Shown here: in pieces, positions 27,501 to 42,600 of the stretch
How positions within the stretch are numbered: the first letter of the stretch is position 1
Layout of the letters: each line of letters begins with the position of its first letter
NCBI RefSeq assembly: GCF_009914755.1
Contig: NC_060939.1
Reading direction: 5' to 3' (one strand)
DNA length: 64,000 nt
From: the human T2T-CHM13v2.0 reference genome, Homo sapiens
Made by a program: the position numbers and the translations under genes
The notes under the pieces: generated by a model
Seen by the model: the letters and a program-made list of their open reading frames with translations, nothing else
Databases searched by the model: none
What the model was told of the DNA's origin: nothing

Positions 27501-30500
27501 GATGGTATTGTGACATATCTCTGCACTAATCATCCAAGTGATGTAACACTTGTCTAGGATGTGCCTAAATTAACTTTTTGACATAACCCTGTACTGATCA
27601 TCCAGGTGATGGAGCTTTTGTCTAGGCTCTGCCTAAGGGGGCATTGTGACATATTTCTGCATTGATCACCCAGGTGGCGAACTCTTCTCTCGGATCTGCC
27701 TATGGGGGCATTGTGAGAAATGTCTGCACTGATCACCCAGGTGATGTAACTGTTGTGTAACCTCTGCCTACAGGGGAATTGTGAGAGATCTCGCCACTGA
27801 TTACCCAAGTGATGTAACCATGGTCTAGGCTTTGCGTACAGGGGGCTTTGTGACATACCTTTGCACTGATCACCCAGGTGATGTAACACATCTAAGTTCG
27901 GCCTAAAGGAGCTTTGTGACACATCTCTGCACTGATCACTTAGGTGATGTAACACTTTTATAATCACTGCCTACAGGGAATTTTGACAAATCTCTGCACT
28001 GATCACCTAGGTGATGTAACTCTAGTCTACCCTCTGTCCAACGGGGCATTGTGAAATATCTCAGCACTGAACACCCAGGTGATTCAACTCTTGACTAGGA
28101 ACTGCCTACAGAGGTTATTGTGAAATATCTCTGCACTGATAAACTAGGTGGTGTAACCCTTGTCCAAGCTCTGCCTACAGGGGCGTTTCCACATATCCCT
28201 GAACTGATGACAAAGGTGATGTAACTCTTGCCTAGGCTTTGCCTACTGGGTCATTGGACATATATCTGCACTGATCACCCAGGTGATGCAACTCTTGCCT
28301 AGGCTTTGCCTACAGGGGACACTCTGACATATCTCTTTAATGATCACTCATGTGATGCATCTCTTGCCTAGGCTTTGCCAACAGGGGACATTGTGACATA
28401 TCTCTGCACTGATCTCCCTGGTACTGTAACTTTAGTCTAGGCTCTGGCTACACGGCATTGTGACATATCACTGCACTGATCAACCAGGTGATATAACTCT
28501 TGTATAGGCTCTGCCTACAGGGGGATTGTGACCTACCTCTGCACTGATCACCAGGTGATATAACTCTTCTCTAGGATCTGCCTACAGGGTGATTTGTGAC
28601 ATATCCCTGCACTGATCACCCAGGTGACCTAACTCTGGTCTAAGCTCTGCCTAAAGGGGCATTGTGACAGATCTCTGCACTGATCACTCAGGTGATGTAA
28701 CTATTGTCTATGCTCTGCTTAAAGGGGCCTTGTCACATATCCCTGCGCTGATCACCCAGGTGATGTAACTCTTGTCTAGGCTCTGCTTCCAGGGCATATT
28801 GTGACATAACTATGCACTGATCACCTTAGTGATGTAACACTTGTGTAGGCTCGGCCTACAGAGGAATCTTGACATATCTCTGCACTGTTAAACGAGCTGA
28901 TTTAACTCTTGTCTAGGCTGTGCCCACAGGGGATTGAGACATATCTCTGCACTGATCCCGAGGTGATCCAACTCTTGCCTGGTCTCTGCCTACTGGGGAC
29001 ATTGTGACATATCTCTGCACTGATCTCCCAGGTGCTGTAAATTTTGTCTAGGCTCTGGCTACACGGCATTGTGACTTATCACTGCACTGATCACCCAGGC
29101 GATACAACTCCTGTCTAGGCTCTGCCTACAATGGTCTTGTGACATATCTCTGCACTGATCACCCAGGTGATATAACTCTTCTCTAGGATCTGACCACGGG
29201 GTGCTTTGTGACATATCCCTGCAATGATCACCCAGGTGATATACCACTTGCCAAGGCTCTGCCTACAGGGGCATTGCAATGTATCTCTGCACTGATCACC
29301 TAGGTCTTGTAGCTATTTTCTAGGATCTGCCTACAGGGTGCTTTTTGACGGGTCACAGCAAGGATTTCCCAGGTGATGTACCTCTCATCAAAGCTCTGCC
29401 TACGGGCACATTGTGATATATCTCTGCACTGATCACCTAGGTCATGTAACTTTTGTCTAGGCTCTACCTACGATGGTATTGTGACATATCTCTGCACTAA
29501 TCATCCAAGTGATGTAACACTTGTCTAGGATGTGCCTAAATTAACTTTTTGACATAACCCTGTACTGATCATCCAGGTGATGGAGCTTTTGTCTAGGCTC
29601 TGCCTAAGGGGGCATTGTGACATATTTCTGCATTGATCACCCAGGTGGCGAACTCTTCTCTCGGATCTGCCTATGGGGGCATTGTGAGAAATGTCTGCAC
29701 TGATCACCCAGGTGATGTAACTGTTGTGTAACCTCTGCCTACAGGGGAATTGTGAGAGATCTCGCCACTGATTACCCAAGTGATGTAACCATGGTCTAGG
29801 CTTTGCGTACAGGGGGCTTTGTGACATACCTTTGCACTGATCACCCAGGTGATGTAACACATCTAAGTTCGGCCTAAAGGAGCTTTGTGACACATCTCTG
29901 CACTGATCACTTAGGTGATGTAACACTTTTATAATCACTGCCTACAGGGAATTTTGACAAATCTCTGCACTGATCACCTAGGTGATGTAACTCTAGTCTA
30001 CCCTCTGTCCAACGGGGCATTGTGAAATATCTCAGCACTGAACACCCAGGTGATTCAACTCTTGACTAGGAACTGCCTACAGAGGTTATTGTGAAATATC
30101 TCTGCACTGATAAACTAGGTGGTGTAACCCTTGTCCAAGCTCTGCCTACAGGGGCGTTTCCACATATCCCTGAACTGATGACAAAGGTGATGTAACTCTT
30201 GCCTAGGCTTTGCCTACAGGGTCATTGGACATATATCTGCACTGATCACCCAGGTGATGCAACTCTTGCCTAGGCTTTGCCTACAGGGGACACTGTGACA
30301 TATCTCTTTAATGATCACTCATGTGATGCATCTCTTGCCTAGGCTTTGCCAACAGGGGACATTGTGACATATCTCTGCACTGATCTCCCTGGTACTGTAA
30401 CTTTAGTCTAGGCTCTGGCTACACGGCATTGTGACATATCACTGCACTGATCAACCAGGTGATATAACTCTTGTATAGGCTCTGCCTACAGGGGGATTGT

Positions 30501-33500
30501 GACCTACCTCTGCACTGATCACCAGGTGATATAACTCTTCTCTAGGATCTGCCTACAGGGTGATTTGTGACATATCCCTGCACTGATCACCCAGGTGACC
30601 TAACTCTGGTCTAAGCTCTGCCTAAAGGGGCATTGTGACAGATCTCTGCACTGATCACTCAGGTGATGTAACTATTGTCTATGCTCTGCTTAAAGGGGCC
30701 TTGTCACATATCCCTGCGCTGATCACCCAGGTGATGTAACTCTTGTCTAGGCTCTGCTTCCAGGGCATATTGTGACATAACTATGCACTGATCACCTTAG
30801 TGATGTAACACTTGTGTAGGCTCGGCCTACAGAGGAATCTTGACATATCTCTGCACTGTTAAACGAGCTGATTTAACTCTTGTCTAGGCTGTGCCCACAG
30901 GGGATTGAGACATATCTCTGCACTGATCCCGAGGTGATCCAACTCTTGCCTGGTCTCTGCCTACTGGGGACATTGTGACATATCTCTGCACTGATCTCCC
31001 AGGTGCTGTAAATTTTGTCTAGGCTCTGGCTACACGGCATTGTGACTTATCACTGCACTGATCACCCAGGCGATACAACTCTTGTCTAGGCTCTGCCTAC
31101 AATGGTCTTGTGACATATCTCTGCACTGATCACCCAGGTGATATAACTCTTCTCTAGGATCTGACCACGGGGTGCTTTGTGACATATCCCTGAAATGATC
31201 ACCCAGGAGATATACCACTTGCCAAGGCTCTGCTTACAGGGGCATGGCAATGTATCTCTGCACTGATCACCTAGGTCTTGTAGCTATTTTCTGGGATCTG
31301 CCTACAGGGTGCTTTGTGACGGGTCCCAGCAATTATTACCCAGGTGATGTACCTCTCATCAAGGCTCTGCCTACAGGCACATTGCGATATATCTCTGCAC
31401 TGATCACCTAGGTCATGTAACTTTTGTCTAGGCTCTACCTACGATGGTATTGTGACATATCTCTGCACTAATCATCCAAGTGATGTAACACTTGTCTAGG
31501 ATGTGCCTAAATTAACTTTTTGACATAACCCTGTACTGATCATCCAGGTGATGGGGCTTTTGTCTAGGCTCTGCCTAAGGGTTCATTGTGACATATTTCT
31601 GCATTGATCACCCAGGTGGCGAACACTTCTCTCGGATCTGCCTATGGGGGCATTGTGAGAAATCTCTGTACTGATCACCCAGGTGATGTAACTGTTGTGT
31701 AACCTCTGCCTACAGGGGAATTGTGAGAGATCTCGCCACTGATTACCCAAGTGATGTAACCATTGTCTAGGCTTTGCGTACAGGGGTCTTTGTGACATAC
31801 CTTTGCACTGATCACCCAGGTGATGTAACACATCTACGTTCGGCCTAAAGGAGCTTTGTGACACATCTCTGCACTGATCACTTAGGTGATGTAACACTTT
31901 TATAATCACTGCCTACAGGGAATTTTGACAAATCTCTGCACTGATCACCTGGGTGATGTAACCCTTGTCTACCCTCTGTCCAACGGGGCATTGTGAAATA
32001 TCTCAGCACTGAACACCCAGGTGATTCAACTCTTGACTAGGAACTGCCTACAGAGGTTATTGTGAAATATCTCTGCACTGATAAACTAGGTGGTGTAACC
32101 CTTGTCCAAGCTCTGCCTACAGGGGCGTTTCCACATATCCCTGAACTGATGACAAAGGTGATGTTACTCTTGCCTAGGCTTTGCCTACAGGGGCATTGGA
32201 CATATATCTGCACTGATCACCCAGGTGATGCAACTCTTGCCTAGGCTTTGCCTACAGGGGACACTGTGACATATCTCTTCAATGATCACTCATGTGATGC
32301 ATCTCTTGCCTAGGCTTTGCCAACAGGGGACATTGTGACATATCTCTGCACTGATCTCCCTGGTACTGTAACTTTAGTCTAGGCTCTGGCTACACGGCAT
32401 TGTGACATATCACTGCACTGATCAACCAGGTGATATAACTCTTGTATAGGCTCTGCCTACAGGGGGATTGTGACCTACCTCTGCACTGATCACACAGGTG
32501 ATATAACTCTTCTCTAGGATCTGCCTACTGGGTGCTTTGTGACATATCCCTGCACTGATCACCCAGGTGACCTAACTCTGGTCTAAGCTCTGCCTAAAGG
32601 GGCATTGTGACAGATCTCTGCACTGATCACTCAGGTGATGTAACTATTGTCTAGGCTCTGCTTAAAGGGGCCTTGTCACATATCCCTGCACTGATCACCC
32701 AGGTGATGTAACTCTTGTCTAGGCTCTGCTTCCAGGGCATATTGTGACATAACTATGCACTGATCTCCTTAGTGATGTAACACTTGTGTAGGCTCGGCCT
32801 ACAGAGGAATCTTGACATATCTCTGCACTGTTAAACGAGGTGATTTAACTCTTGTCTAGGCTGTGCCCACAGGGGGATTGAGACATATCTCTGCACTGAT
32901 CCCGAGGTGATCCAACTCTTGCCTGGTCTCTGCCTACTGGGGACATTGTGACATATCTCTGCACTGATCTAACAGTTTCTGTAAATTTTGTCTAGGCTCT
33001 GGCTACAAGGCTTTGTGACCTATCACTGCACTGATCACCCAGGCGATACAACTCCTGTCTAGGCTCTGCCTACAATGGTCTTGTGACATATCTCTGCACT
33101 GATCACCCAGGTGATATAACTCTTCTCTAGGATCTGACCACGGGGTGCTTTGTGACATATCCCTGCAATGATCACCCAGGTGATATACCACTTGCCAAGG
33201 CTCTGCCTACAGGGGCATTGCAATGTATCTCTGCACTGATCACCTAGGTCTTGTAGCTATTTTCTAGGATCTGCCTACAGGGTGCTTTTTGACGGGTCAC
33301 AGCAAGGATTTCCCAGGTGATGTACCTCTCATCAAAGCTCTGCCTACGGGCACATTGTGATATATCTCTGCACTGATCACCTAGGTCATGTAACTTTTGT
33401 CTAGGCTCTACCTACGATGGTATTGTGACATATCTCTGCACTAATCATCCAAGTGATGTAACACTTGTCTAGGATGTGCCTAAATTAACTTTTTGACATA

Positions 33501-36500
33501 ACCCTGTACTGATCATCCAGGTGATGGAGCTTTTGTCTAGGCTCTGCCTAAGGGGGCATTGTGACATATTTCTGCATTGATCACCCAGGTGGCGAACTCT
33601 TCTCTCGGATCTGCCTATGGGGGCATTGTGAGAAATGTCTGCACTGATCACCCAGGTGATGTAACTGTTGTGTAACCTCTGCCTACAGGGGAATTGTGAG
33701 AGATCTCGCCACTGATTACCCAAGTGATGTAACCATGGTCTAGGCTTTGCGTACAGGGGGCTTTGTGACATACCTTTGCACTGATCACCCAGGTGATGTA
33801 ACACATCTAAGTTCGGCCTAAAGGAGCTTTGTGACACATCTCTGCACTGATCACTTAGGTGATGTAACACTTTTATAATCACTGCCTACAGGGAATTTTG
33901 ACAAATCTCTGCACTGATCACCTAGGTGATGTAACTCTAGTCTACCCTCTGTCCAACGGGGCATTGTGAAATATCTCAGCACTGAACACCCAGGTGATTC
34001 AACTCTTGACTAGGAACTGCCTACAGAGGTTATTGTGAAATATCTCTGCACTGATAAACTAGGTGGTGTAACCCTTGTCCAAGCTCTGCCTACAGGGGCG
34101 TTTCCACATATCCCTGAACTGATGACAAAGGTGATGTAACTCTTGCCTAGGCTTTGCCTACAGGGTCATTGGACATATATCTGCACTGATCACCCAGGTG
34201 ATGCAACTCTTGCCTAGGCTTTGCCTACAGGGGACACTGTGACATATCTCTTTAATGATCACTCATGTGATGCATCTCTTGCCTAGGCTTTGCCAACAGG
34301 GGACATTGTGACATATCTCTGCACTGATCTCCCTGGTACTGTAACTTTAGTCTAGGCTCTGGCTACACGGCATTGTGACATATCACTGCACTGATCAACC
34401 AGGTGATATAACTCTTGTATAGGCTCTGCCTACAGGGGGATTGTGACCTACCTCTGCACTGATCACCAGGTGATATAACTCTTCTCTAGGATCTGCCTAC
34501 AGGGTGCTTTGTGACATATCCCTGCACTGATCACCCAGGTGACCTAACTCTGGTCTAAGCTCTGCCTAAAGGGGCATTGTGACAGATCTCTGCACTGATC
34601 ACTCAGGTGATGTAACTATTGTCTAGGCTCTGCTTAAAGGGGCCTTGTCACATATCCCTGCGCTGATCACCCAGGTGATGTAACTCTTGTCTAGGCTCTG
34701 CTTCCAGGGCATATTGTGACATAACTATGCACTGATCACCTTAGTGATGTAACACTTGTGTAGGCTCGGCTTACAGAGGAATCTTGACATATCTCTGCAC
34801 TGTTAAACGAGGTGATTTAACTCTTGTCTAGGCTGTGCCCACAGGGGATTGAGACATATCTCTGCACTGATCCCGAGGTGATCCAACTCTTGCCTGGTCT
34901 CTGCCTACTGGGGACATTGTGACATATCTCTGCACTGATCTCCCAGGTGCTGTAAATTTTGTCTAGGCTCTGGCTACACGGCATTGTGACTTATCACTGC
35001 ACTGATCACCCAGGCGATACAACTCTTGTCTAAGCTCTGCCTACAATGGTCTTGTGACATATCTCTGCACTGATCACCCAGGTGATATAACTCTTCTCTA
35101 GGATCTGACCACGGGGTGCTTTGTGACATATCCCTGAAATGATTACCCAGGAGATATACCACTTGCCAAGGCTCTGCTTACAGGGGCATTGCAATGTATC
35201 TCTGCACTGATCACCTAGGTCTTGTAGCTATTTTCTGGGATCTGCCTACAGGGTGCTTTGTGACGGGTCCCAGCAAGGATTACCCAGGTGATGTACCTCT
35301 CATCAAGGCTCTGCCTACAGGCACATTGCGATATATCTCTGCACTGATCACCTAGGTCATGTAACTTTTGTCTAGGCTCTACCTACGATGGTATTGTGAC
35401 ATATCTCTGCACTAATCATCCAAGTGATGTAACACTTGTCTAGGATGTGCCTAAATTAACTTTTTGACATAACCCTGTAGTGATCATCCAGGTGATAGGG
35501 CTTTTGTCTAGGCTCTGCCTAAGGGTTCATTGTGACATATTTCTGCATTGATCACCCAGGTGGCGAACACTTCTCTCGGATCTGCCTATGGGGGCATTGT
35601 GAGAAATCTCTGTACTGATCACCCAGGTGATGTAACTGTTGTGTAACCTCTGCCTACAGGGGAATTGTGAGAGATCTCGCCACTGATTACCCAAGTGATG
35701 TAACCATTGTCTAGGCTTTGCGTACAGGGGTCTTTGTGACATACCTTTGCACTGATCACCCAGGTGATGTAACACATCTACGTTCGGCCTAAAGGAGCTT
35801 TGTGACACATCTCTGCACTGATCACTTAGGTGATGTAACACTTTTATAATCACTGCCTACAGGGAATTTTGACAAATCTCTGCACTGATCACCTAGGTGA
35901 TGTAACCCTTGTCTACCCTCTGTCCAACGGGGCATTGTGAAATATCTCAGCACTGAACACCCAGGTGATTCAACTCTTGACTAGGAACTGCCTACAGAGG
36001 TTATTGTGAAATATCTCTGCACTGATAAACTAGGTGGTGTAACCCTTGTCCAAGCTCTGCCTACAGGGGCGTTTCCACATATCCCTGAACTGATGACAAA
36101 GGTGATGTTACTCTTGCCTAGGCTTTGCCTACAGGGGCATTGGACATATATCTGCACTGATCACCCAGGTGATGCAACTCTTGCCTAGGCTTTGCCTACA
36201 GGGGACACTGTGACATATCTCTTCAATGATCACTCATGTGATGCATCTCTTGCCTAGGCTTTGCCAACAGGGGACATTGTGACATATCTCTGCACTGATC
36301 TCCCTGGTACTGTAACTTTAGTCTAGGCTCTGGCTACACGGCATTGTGACATATCACTGCACTGATCAACCAGGTGATATAACTCTTGTATAGGCTCTGC
36401 CTACAGGGGGATTGTGACCTACCTCTGCACTGATCACACAGGTGATATAACTCTTCTCTAGGATCTGCCTACAGGGTGCTTTGTGACATATCCCTGCACT

Positions 36501-39500
36501 GATCACCCAGGTGACCTAACTCTGGTCTAAGCTCTGCCTAAAGGCGCATTGTGACAGATCTCTGCACTGATCACTCAGGTGATGTAACTATTGTCTAGGC
36601 TCTGCTTAAAGGGGCCTTGTCACATATCCCTGCACTGATCACCCAGGTGATGTAACTCTTGTCTAGGCTCTGCTTCCAGGGCATATTGTGACATAACTAT
36701 GCACTGATCACCTTAGTGATGTAACACTTGTGTAGGCTCGGCCTACAGAGGAATCTTGACATATCTCTGCACTGTTAAACGAGGTGATTTAACTCTTGTC
36801 TAGGCTGTGCCCACAGGGGGATTGAGACATATCTCTGCACTGATCCCGAGGTGATCCAACTCTTGCCTGGTCTCTGCCTACTGGGGACATTGTGACATAT
36901 CTCTGCACTGATCTAACAGTTTCTGTAAATTTTGTCTAGGCTCTGGCTACAAGGCTTTGTGACCTATCACTGCACTGATCACCCAGGCGATACAACTCCT
37001 GTCTAGGCTCTGCCTACAATGGTCTTGTGACATATCTCTGCACTGATCACCCAGGTGATATAACTCTTCTCTAGGATCTGACCACGGGGTGCTTTGTGAC
37101 ATATCCCTGCAATGATCACCCAGGTGATATACCACTTGCCAAGGCTCTGCCTACAGGGGCATTGCAATGTATCTCTGCACTGATCACCTAGGTCTTGTAG
37201 CTATTTTCTAGGATCTGCCTACAGGGTGCTTTTTGACGGGTCACAGCAAGGATTTCCCAGGTGATGTACCTCTCATCAAAGCTCTGCCTACGGGCACATT
37301 GTGATATATCTCTGCACTGATCACCTAGGTCATGTAACTTTTGTCTAGGCTCTACCTACGATGGTATTGTGACATATCTCTGCACTAATCATCCAAGTGA
37401 TGTAACACTTGTCTAGGATGTGCCTAAATTAACTTTTTGACATAACCCTGTACTGATCATCCAGGTGATGGAGCTTTTGTCTAGGCTCTGCCTAAGGGGG
37501 CATTGTGACATATTTCTGCATTGATCACCCAGGTGGCGAACTCTTCTCTAGGATCTGCCTATGGGGGCATTGTGAGAAATGTCTGCACTGATCACCCAGG
37601 TGATGTAACTGTTGTGTAACCTCTGCCTACAGGGGAATTGTGAGAGATCTCGCCACTGATTACCCAAGTGATGTAACCATGGTCTAGGCTTTGCGTACAG
37701 GGGGCTTTGTGACATACCTTTGCACTGATCACCCAGGTGATGTAACACATCTAAGTTCCGCCTAAAGGAGCTTTGTGACACATCTCTGCACTGATCACTT
37801 AGGTGATGTAACACTTTTATAATCACTGCCTACAGGGAATTTTGACAAATCTCTGCACTGATCACCTAGGTGATGTAACTCTAGTCTACCCTCTGTCCAA
37901 CGGGGCATTGTGAAATATCTCAGCACTGAACACCCAGGTGATTCAACTCTTGACTAGGAACTGCCTACAGAGGTTATTGTGAAATATCTCTGCACTGATA
38001 AACTAGGTGGTGTAACCCTTGTCCAAGCTCTGCCTACAGGGGCGTTTCCACATATCCCTGAACTGATGACAAAGGTGATGTAACTCTTGCCTAGGCTTTG
38101 CCTACAGGGTCATTGGACATATATCTGCACTGATCACCCAGGTGATGCAACTCTTGCCTAGGCTTTGCCTACAGGGGACACTGTGACATATCTCTTTAAT
38201 GATCACTCATGTGATGCATCTCTTGCCTAGGCTTTGCCAACAGGGGACATTGTCACATATCTCTGCACTGATCTCCCTGGTACTGTAACTTTAGTCTAGG
38301 CTCTGGCTACACGGCATTGTGACATATCACTGCACTGATCAACCAGGTGATATAACTCTTGTATAGGCTCTGCCTACAGGGGGATTGTGACCTACCTCTG
38401 CACTGATCACCAGGTGATATAACTCTTCTCTAGGATCTGCCTACAGGGTGATTTGTGACATATCCCTGCACTGATCACCCAGGTGACCTAACTCTGGTCT
38501 AAGCTCTGCCTAAAGGGGCATTGTGACAGATCTCTGCACTGATCACTCAGGTGATGTAACTATTGTCTAGGCTCTGCTTAAAGGGGCCTTGTCACATATC
38601 CCTGCACTGATCACCCAGGTGATGTAACTCTTGTCTAGGCTCTGCTTCCAGGGCATATTGTGACATAACTATGCACTGATCACCTTAGTGATGTAACACT
38701 TGTGTAGGCTCGGCCTACAGAGGAATCTTGACATATCTCTGCACTGTTAAACGAGGTGATTTAACTCTTGTCTAGGCTGTGCCCACAGGGGGATTGAGAC
38801 ATATCTCTGCACTGATCCCGAGGTGATCCAACACTTACCTGGTCTCTGCCTACTGGGGACATTGTGGCATATCTCTGCACTGATCTCCCAGGTGCTGTAA
38901 ATTTTGTCTAGGCTCTGGCTACACGGCATTGTGACTTATCACTGCACTGATCACCCAGGCGATACAACTCTTGTCTAGGCTCTGCCTACAATGGTCTTGT
39001 GACATATCTCTGCACTGATCACCCAGGTGATATAACTCTTCTCTAGGATCTGACCACGGGGTGCTTTGTGACATATCCCTGCAATGATCACCCAGGTGAT
39101 ATACCACTTGCCAAGGCTCTGCTTACAGGGGCATTGCAATGTATCTCTGCACTGATCACCTAGGTCTTGTAGCTATTTTCTAGGATCTGCCTACAGGGTG
39201 CTTTGTGACGGGTCCCAGCAAGGATTACCCAGGTGATGTACCTCTCATCAAGGCTCTGCCTACAGGCACATTGCGATATTTCTCTGCACTGATCACCTAG
39301 GTCATGTAACTTTTGTCTAGGCTCTACCTACGATGGAATTGTGACATATCTCTGCATTAATCATCCAAGTGATGTAACACTTGTCTAGGATGTGCCTAAA
39401 TTAACTTTTTGACATAACCCTGTACTGATCATCCAGGTGATGGGGCTTTTGTCTAGGCTCTGCCTAAGGGGGCATTGTGACATATTTCTGCATTGATCAC

Positions 39501-39615
39501 CCAGGTGGCGAACTCTTCTCTCGGATCTGCCTATGGGGGCATTGTGAGAAATCTCTGCACTGATCACCCAGGTGATGTAACTGTTGTGTAACCTCTGCCT
39601 ACAGGGGAATTGTGA
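15561..39615 (+). repeat. Middle domain: 12 homogeneous 29-mer HORs (1971-1974 bp), mostly alternating A/B types forming a 3944-bp dimer
   Basis: Marker spacings 1974,1974,1971,1973,1971,1973,1971,1971,1973,1971,1973,1972 from 15731 to 39398. Identical peptides offset by 3944 (19200/23144/27088; 21171/25115; 33003/36947; 31583/35527; 32062/36006). Confidence 0.92.
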
Positions 39616-42600
39616 CAGATCTCTGCACTGATCAGTCTGGTGATGTAAGTATTGTCTATGCTCTGCTTCAAGGGGCCTTGTCACATATCTCTGCACTGAT
39701 CACCCAGGTTATGTAACTCTTCTCTAGGCTCTGCTTCCAGGGCATATTGTGACATATCTATGCACTGATCACCTTAGTGATGTAACACTTTGGTAGGCTC
39801 GGCCTACAGGGGAATCTTGACATATCTCTGCACTGTTAACCGAGGTGATTTAACTCTTGTCTAGGCTCTGCCCACAGGGGGATTGAGACATATCTCTGCA
39901 CTGATCCCGAGGTGATACAACTCTTGCCTGGTCTCTGCCTACTGTGGACATTGTAACATATCTCTGCACTGATGTCCCAGGTGCTGTAACTTTAGTCTAG
40001 GCTCTGGCTACATGGCATTGTGACATATCACTGCACTGATCAACCAGGTGATATAACTCTTGTATAGACTCTGCCTACAGGGGGATTGTGACCTACCTCT
40101 GCACTGATCACCCAGGTGATATAACTCTTCTCTAGGATCTGCCTACAGGGTACTTTGTGACACATCCCTGCACTGATCACCCAGGTGATCTAACTCTGGT
40201 CTAAGCTCTGCCTAAAGGGGCATTGTGACAGATCTCTGCACTGATCAGTCTGGTGATGTAAGTATTGTCTAGGCTCTGCTTCAAGGGGCCTTGTCACATA
40301 TCTCTGCACTGATCACCCAGGTGATGTAACTCTTGTCTAGGCTCTGCTTCCAGGGCATATTGTGATATATCTATGCACTGATCACCTTAGTGATGTAACA
40401 CTTTGGTAGGCTCGGCCTACAGGGGAATCTTGACATATCTCTGCACTGTTAACCGAGGTGATTTAACTCTTGACTAGGCTGTGCCCACAGGGGGATTGAG
40501 ACATATCTCTGCACTGATCCCGAGGTGATACAACTCTTGCCTGGTCTCTGCCTAGTGTGGACATTGTGACATATCTCTGAACTGATCTCCCAGGTGCTGT
40601 AACTTTAGTCTGGGCTCCGGCTACACGGCATTGTGACATATCACTGCACTGATCACCCAGGCAATATAACTCTTCTCTAGGATCTGACCACAGGGTGCTT
40701 TGTGACATATCCCTGCAATGATCACCCAGGTGATATACCACTTGCCAAGGCTCTGCCTACAGGGGCATTGCAATGTATCTCTGCACTGATCACCTAGGTC
40801 TTGTAGCTCTTTTCTAGGATCTGCCTACAGGGTGCTTTGTGACGTGTCCCAGCAAGGATTACCCAGGTGATGTACCTCTCATCAAGGCTCTGCCTACAGG
40901 CACATTGTGATGTATCTCTGCACTGATCACCTCGGTCATGTAACTTTTTTCTAGGCTCTACCTACGATGGCATTGTGACATATCTCTGCACTAATCATCC
41001 AAGTGATGTAACTCTTGTCTAGGATGTGCCTAAATTAACTTTTTGACATAACCCTGTACTGATCATCCAGGTGATGGAGCTTTTGTCTAGGCTCTGCCTA
41101 AGGGGGCATTGTGACATATTTCTGCATTGATCACCCAGGTGGCGAACTCTTCTCTCGGATCTGCCTATGGGGGCATTGTGAGAAATCTCTGCACTGATCA
41201 CCCAGGTGATGTAACTGTTGTGTAACCTCTGCCTACAGGGGAATTGTGAGAGATCTCGTCACTGATTATCCAAGTGATGTAACCATTGTCTAGGCTTTGC
41301 GTACAGGGGGCTTTGTGACATACCTTTGCACTGATCACCCAGGTGATGTAACACATCTAAGTTCGGCCTAAAGGAGCTTTGTGACATATCTCTGCACTGA
41401 TCACTTAGGTGATGTAACACTTTTATAATCACTGCCTACAGGGAATTTTGACAAATCTCTGCACTGATCACCTAGGTGATGTCACTCTTGTCTACCCTCT
41501 GTCCAACGGGGCATTGTGAAATGTCTCTGCACTGATCACCCAGGTGATTCAACTCTTGACTAGGAACTGCCTACAGAGGTTATTGTGAAATATCTCTGCA
41601 ATGATAAACTAGGTGGTGTAACCATTGTCCAAGCTCTGCCTACAGGGGCGTTTCCACATACCCCTGAACTGATGACAAAGGTGATGTAACTCTTGCCTAG
41701 GCTTTGCCTACAGGGAACATTGGACATATATCTGCACTGATCACCCAGGTGATGCAACTCTTGCCTAGGCTTTGCCTACAGGGGACATTGTGACATATCT
41801 CTTCAATGATCACTCATGTGATGCATCTCTTGCCTAGGCTTTGCCTACAGGGGACATTGTGACATATCTCTGCACTGATCTCCCAGGTGCTGTAACTTTA
41901 GTCTAGGCTCTGGCTACACGGCATTGTGACATATCACTGCACTGATCAACCAGGTGATATAACTCTTGTATAGGCTCTGCCTACAGGGGGATTGTGACCT
42001 ACCTCTGCACTGATCACCCAGGTGACATAACTCTTCTCTAGGATTTGCCTACAGGGTACTTTGTGACATATCCCTGCACTGATCACCCAGGTGATCTGAC
42101 TCTGGTCTAAGCTCTGCCTAAAGGGGCATTGTGACAGATCTCCGCACTGATCACTCTGGTGATGTAAGTATTGTCTATGCTCTGCTTCAAGGGGCCTTGT
42201 CACATATCTCTGCACTGATCACCCAGGTGATGTAACTCTTCTCTAGGCTCTGCTTCCAGGGCATATTGTGACATATCTATGCACTGATCACCTTAGTGAT
42301 GTAACACTTTGGTAGGCTCGGCCTACAGGGGAATCTTGACATATCTCTGCACTGTTAACCGAGGTGATTTAACTCTTGTCTAGGCTCTGCCCACAGGGGG
42401 ATTGAGACATATCTCTGCACTGATCCCGAGGTGATACAACTCTTGCCTGGTCTCTGCCTACTGTGGACATTGTGACATATCTCTGCACTGATGTCCCATG
42501 TGCTGTAACTTTAGTATAGGCTCTGGCTACATGGCATTGTGACATATCACTGCACTGATCAACCAGGTGATATAACTCTTGTATAGACTCTGCCTACAGG

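Noticed and set aside
13759-36188. Three plus-strand 60-aa ORFs (13759, 32062, 36006)
   Set aside because: They start at GTG and are open only where a point change or small indel removes a TAA in GATGTAAC. The same interval is closed in all other HOR copies.
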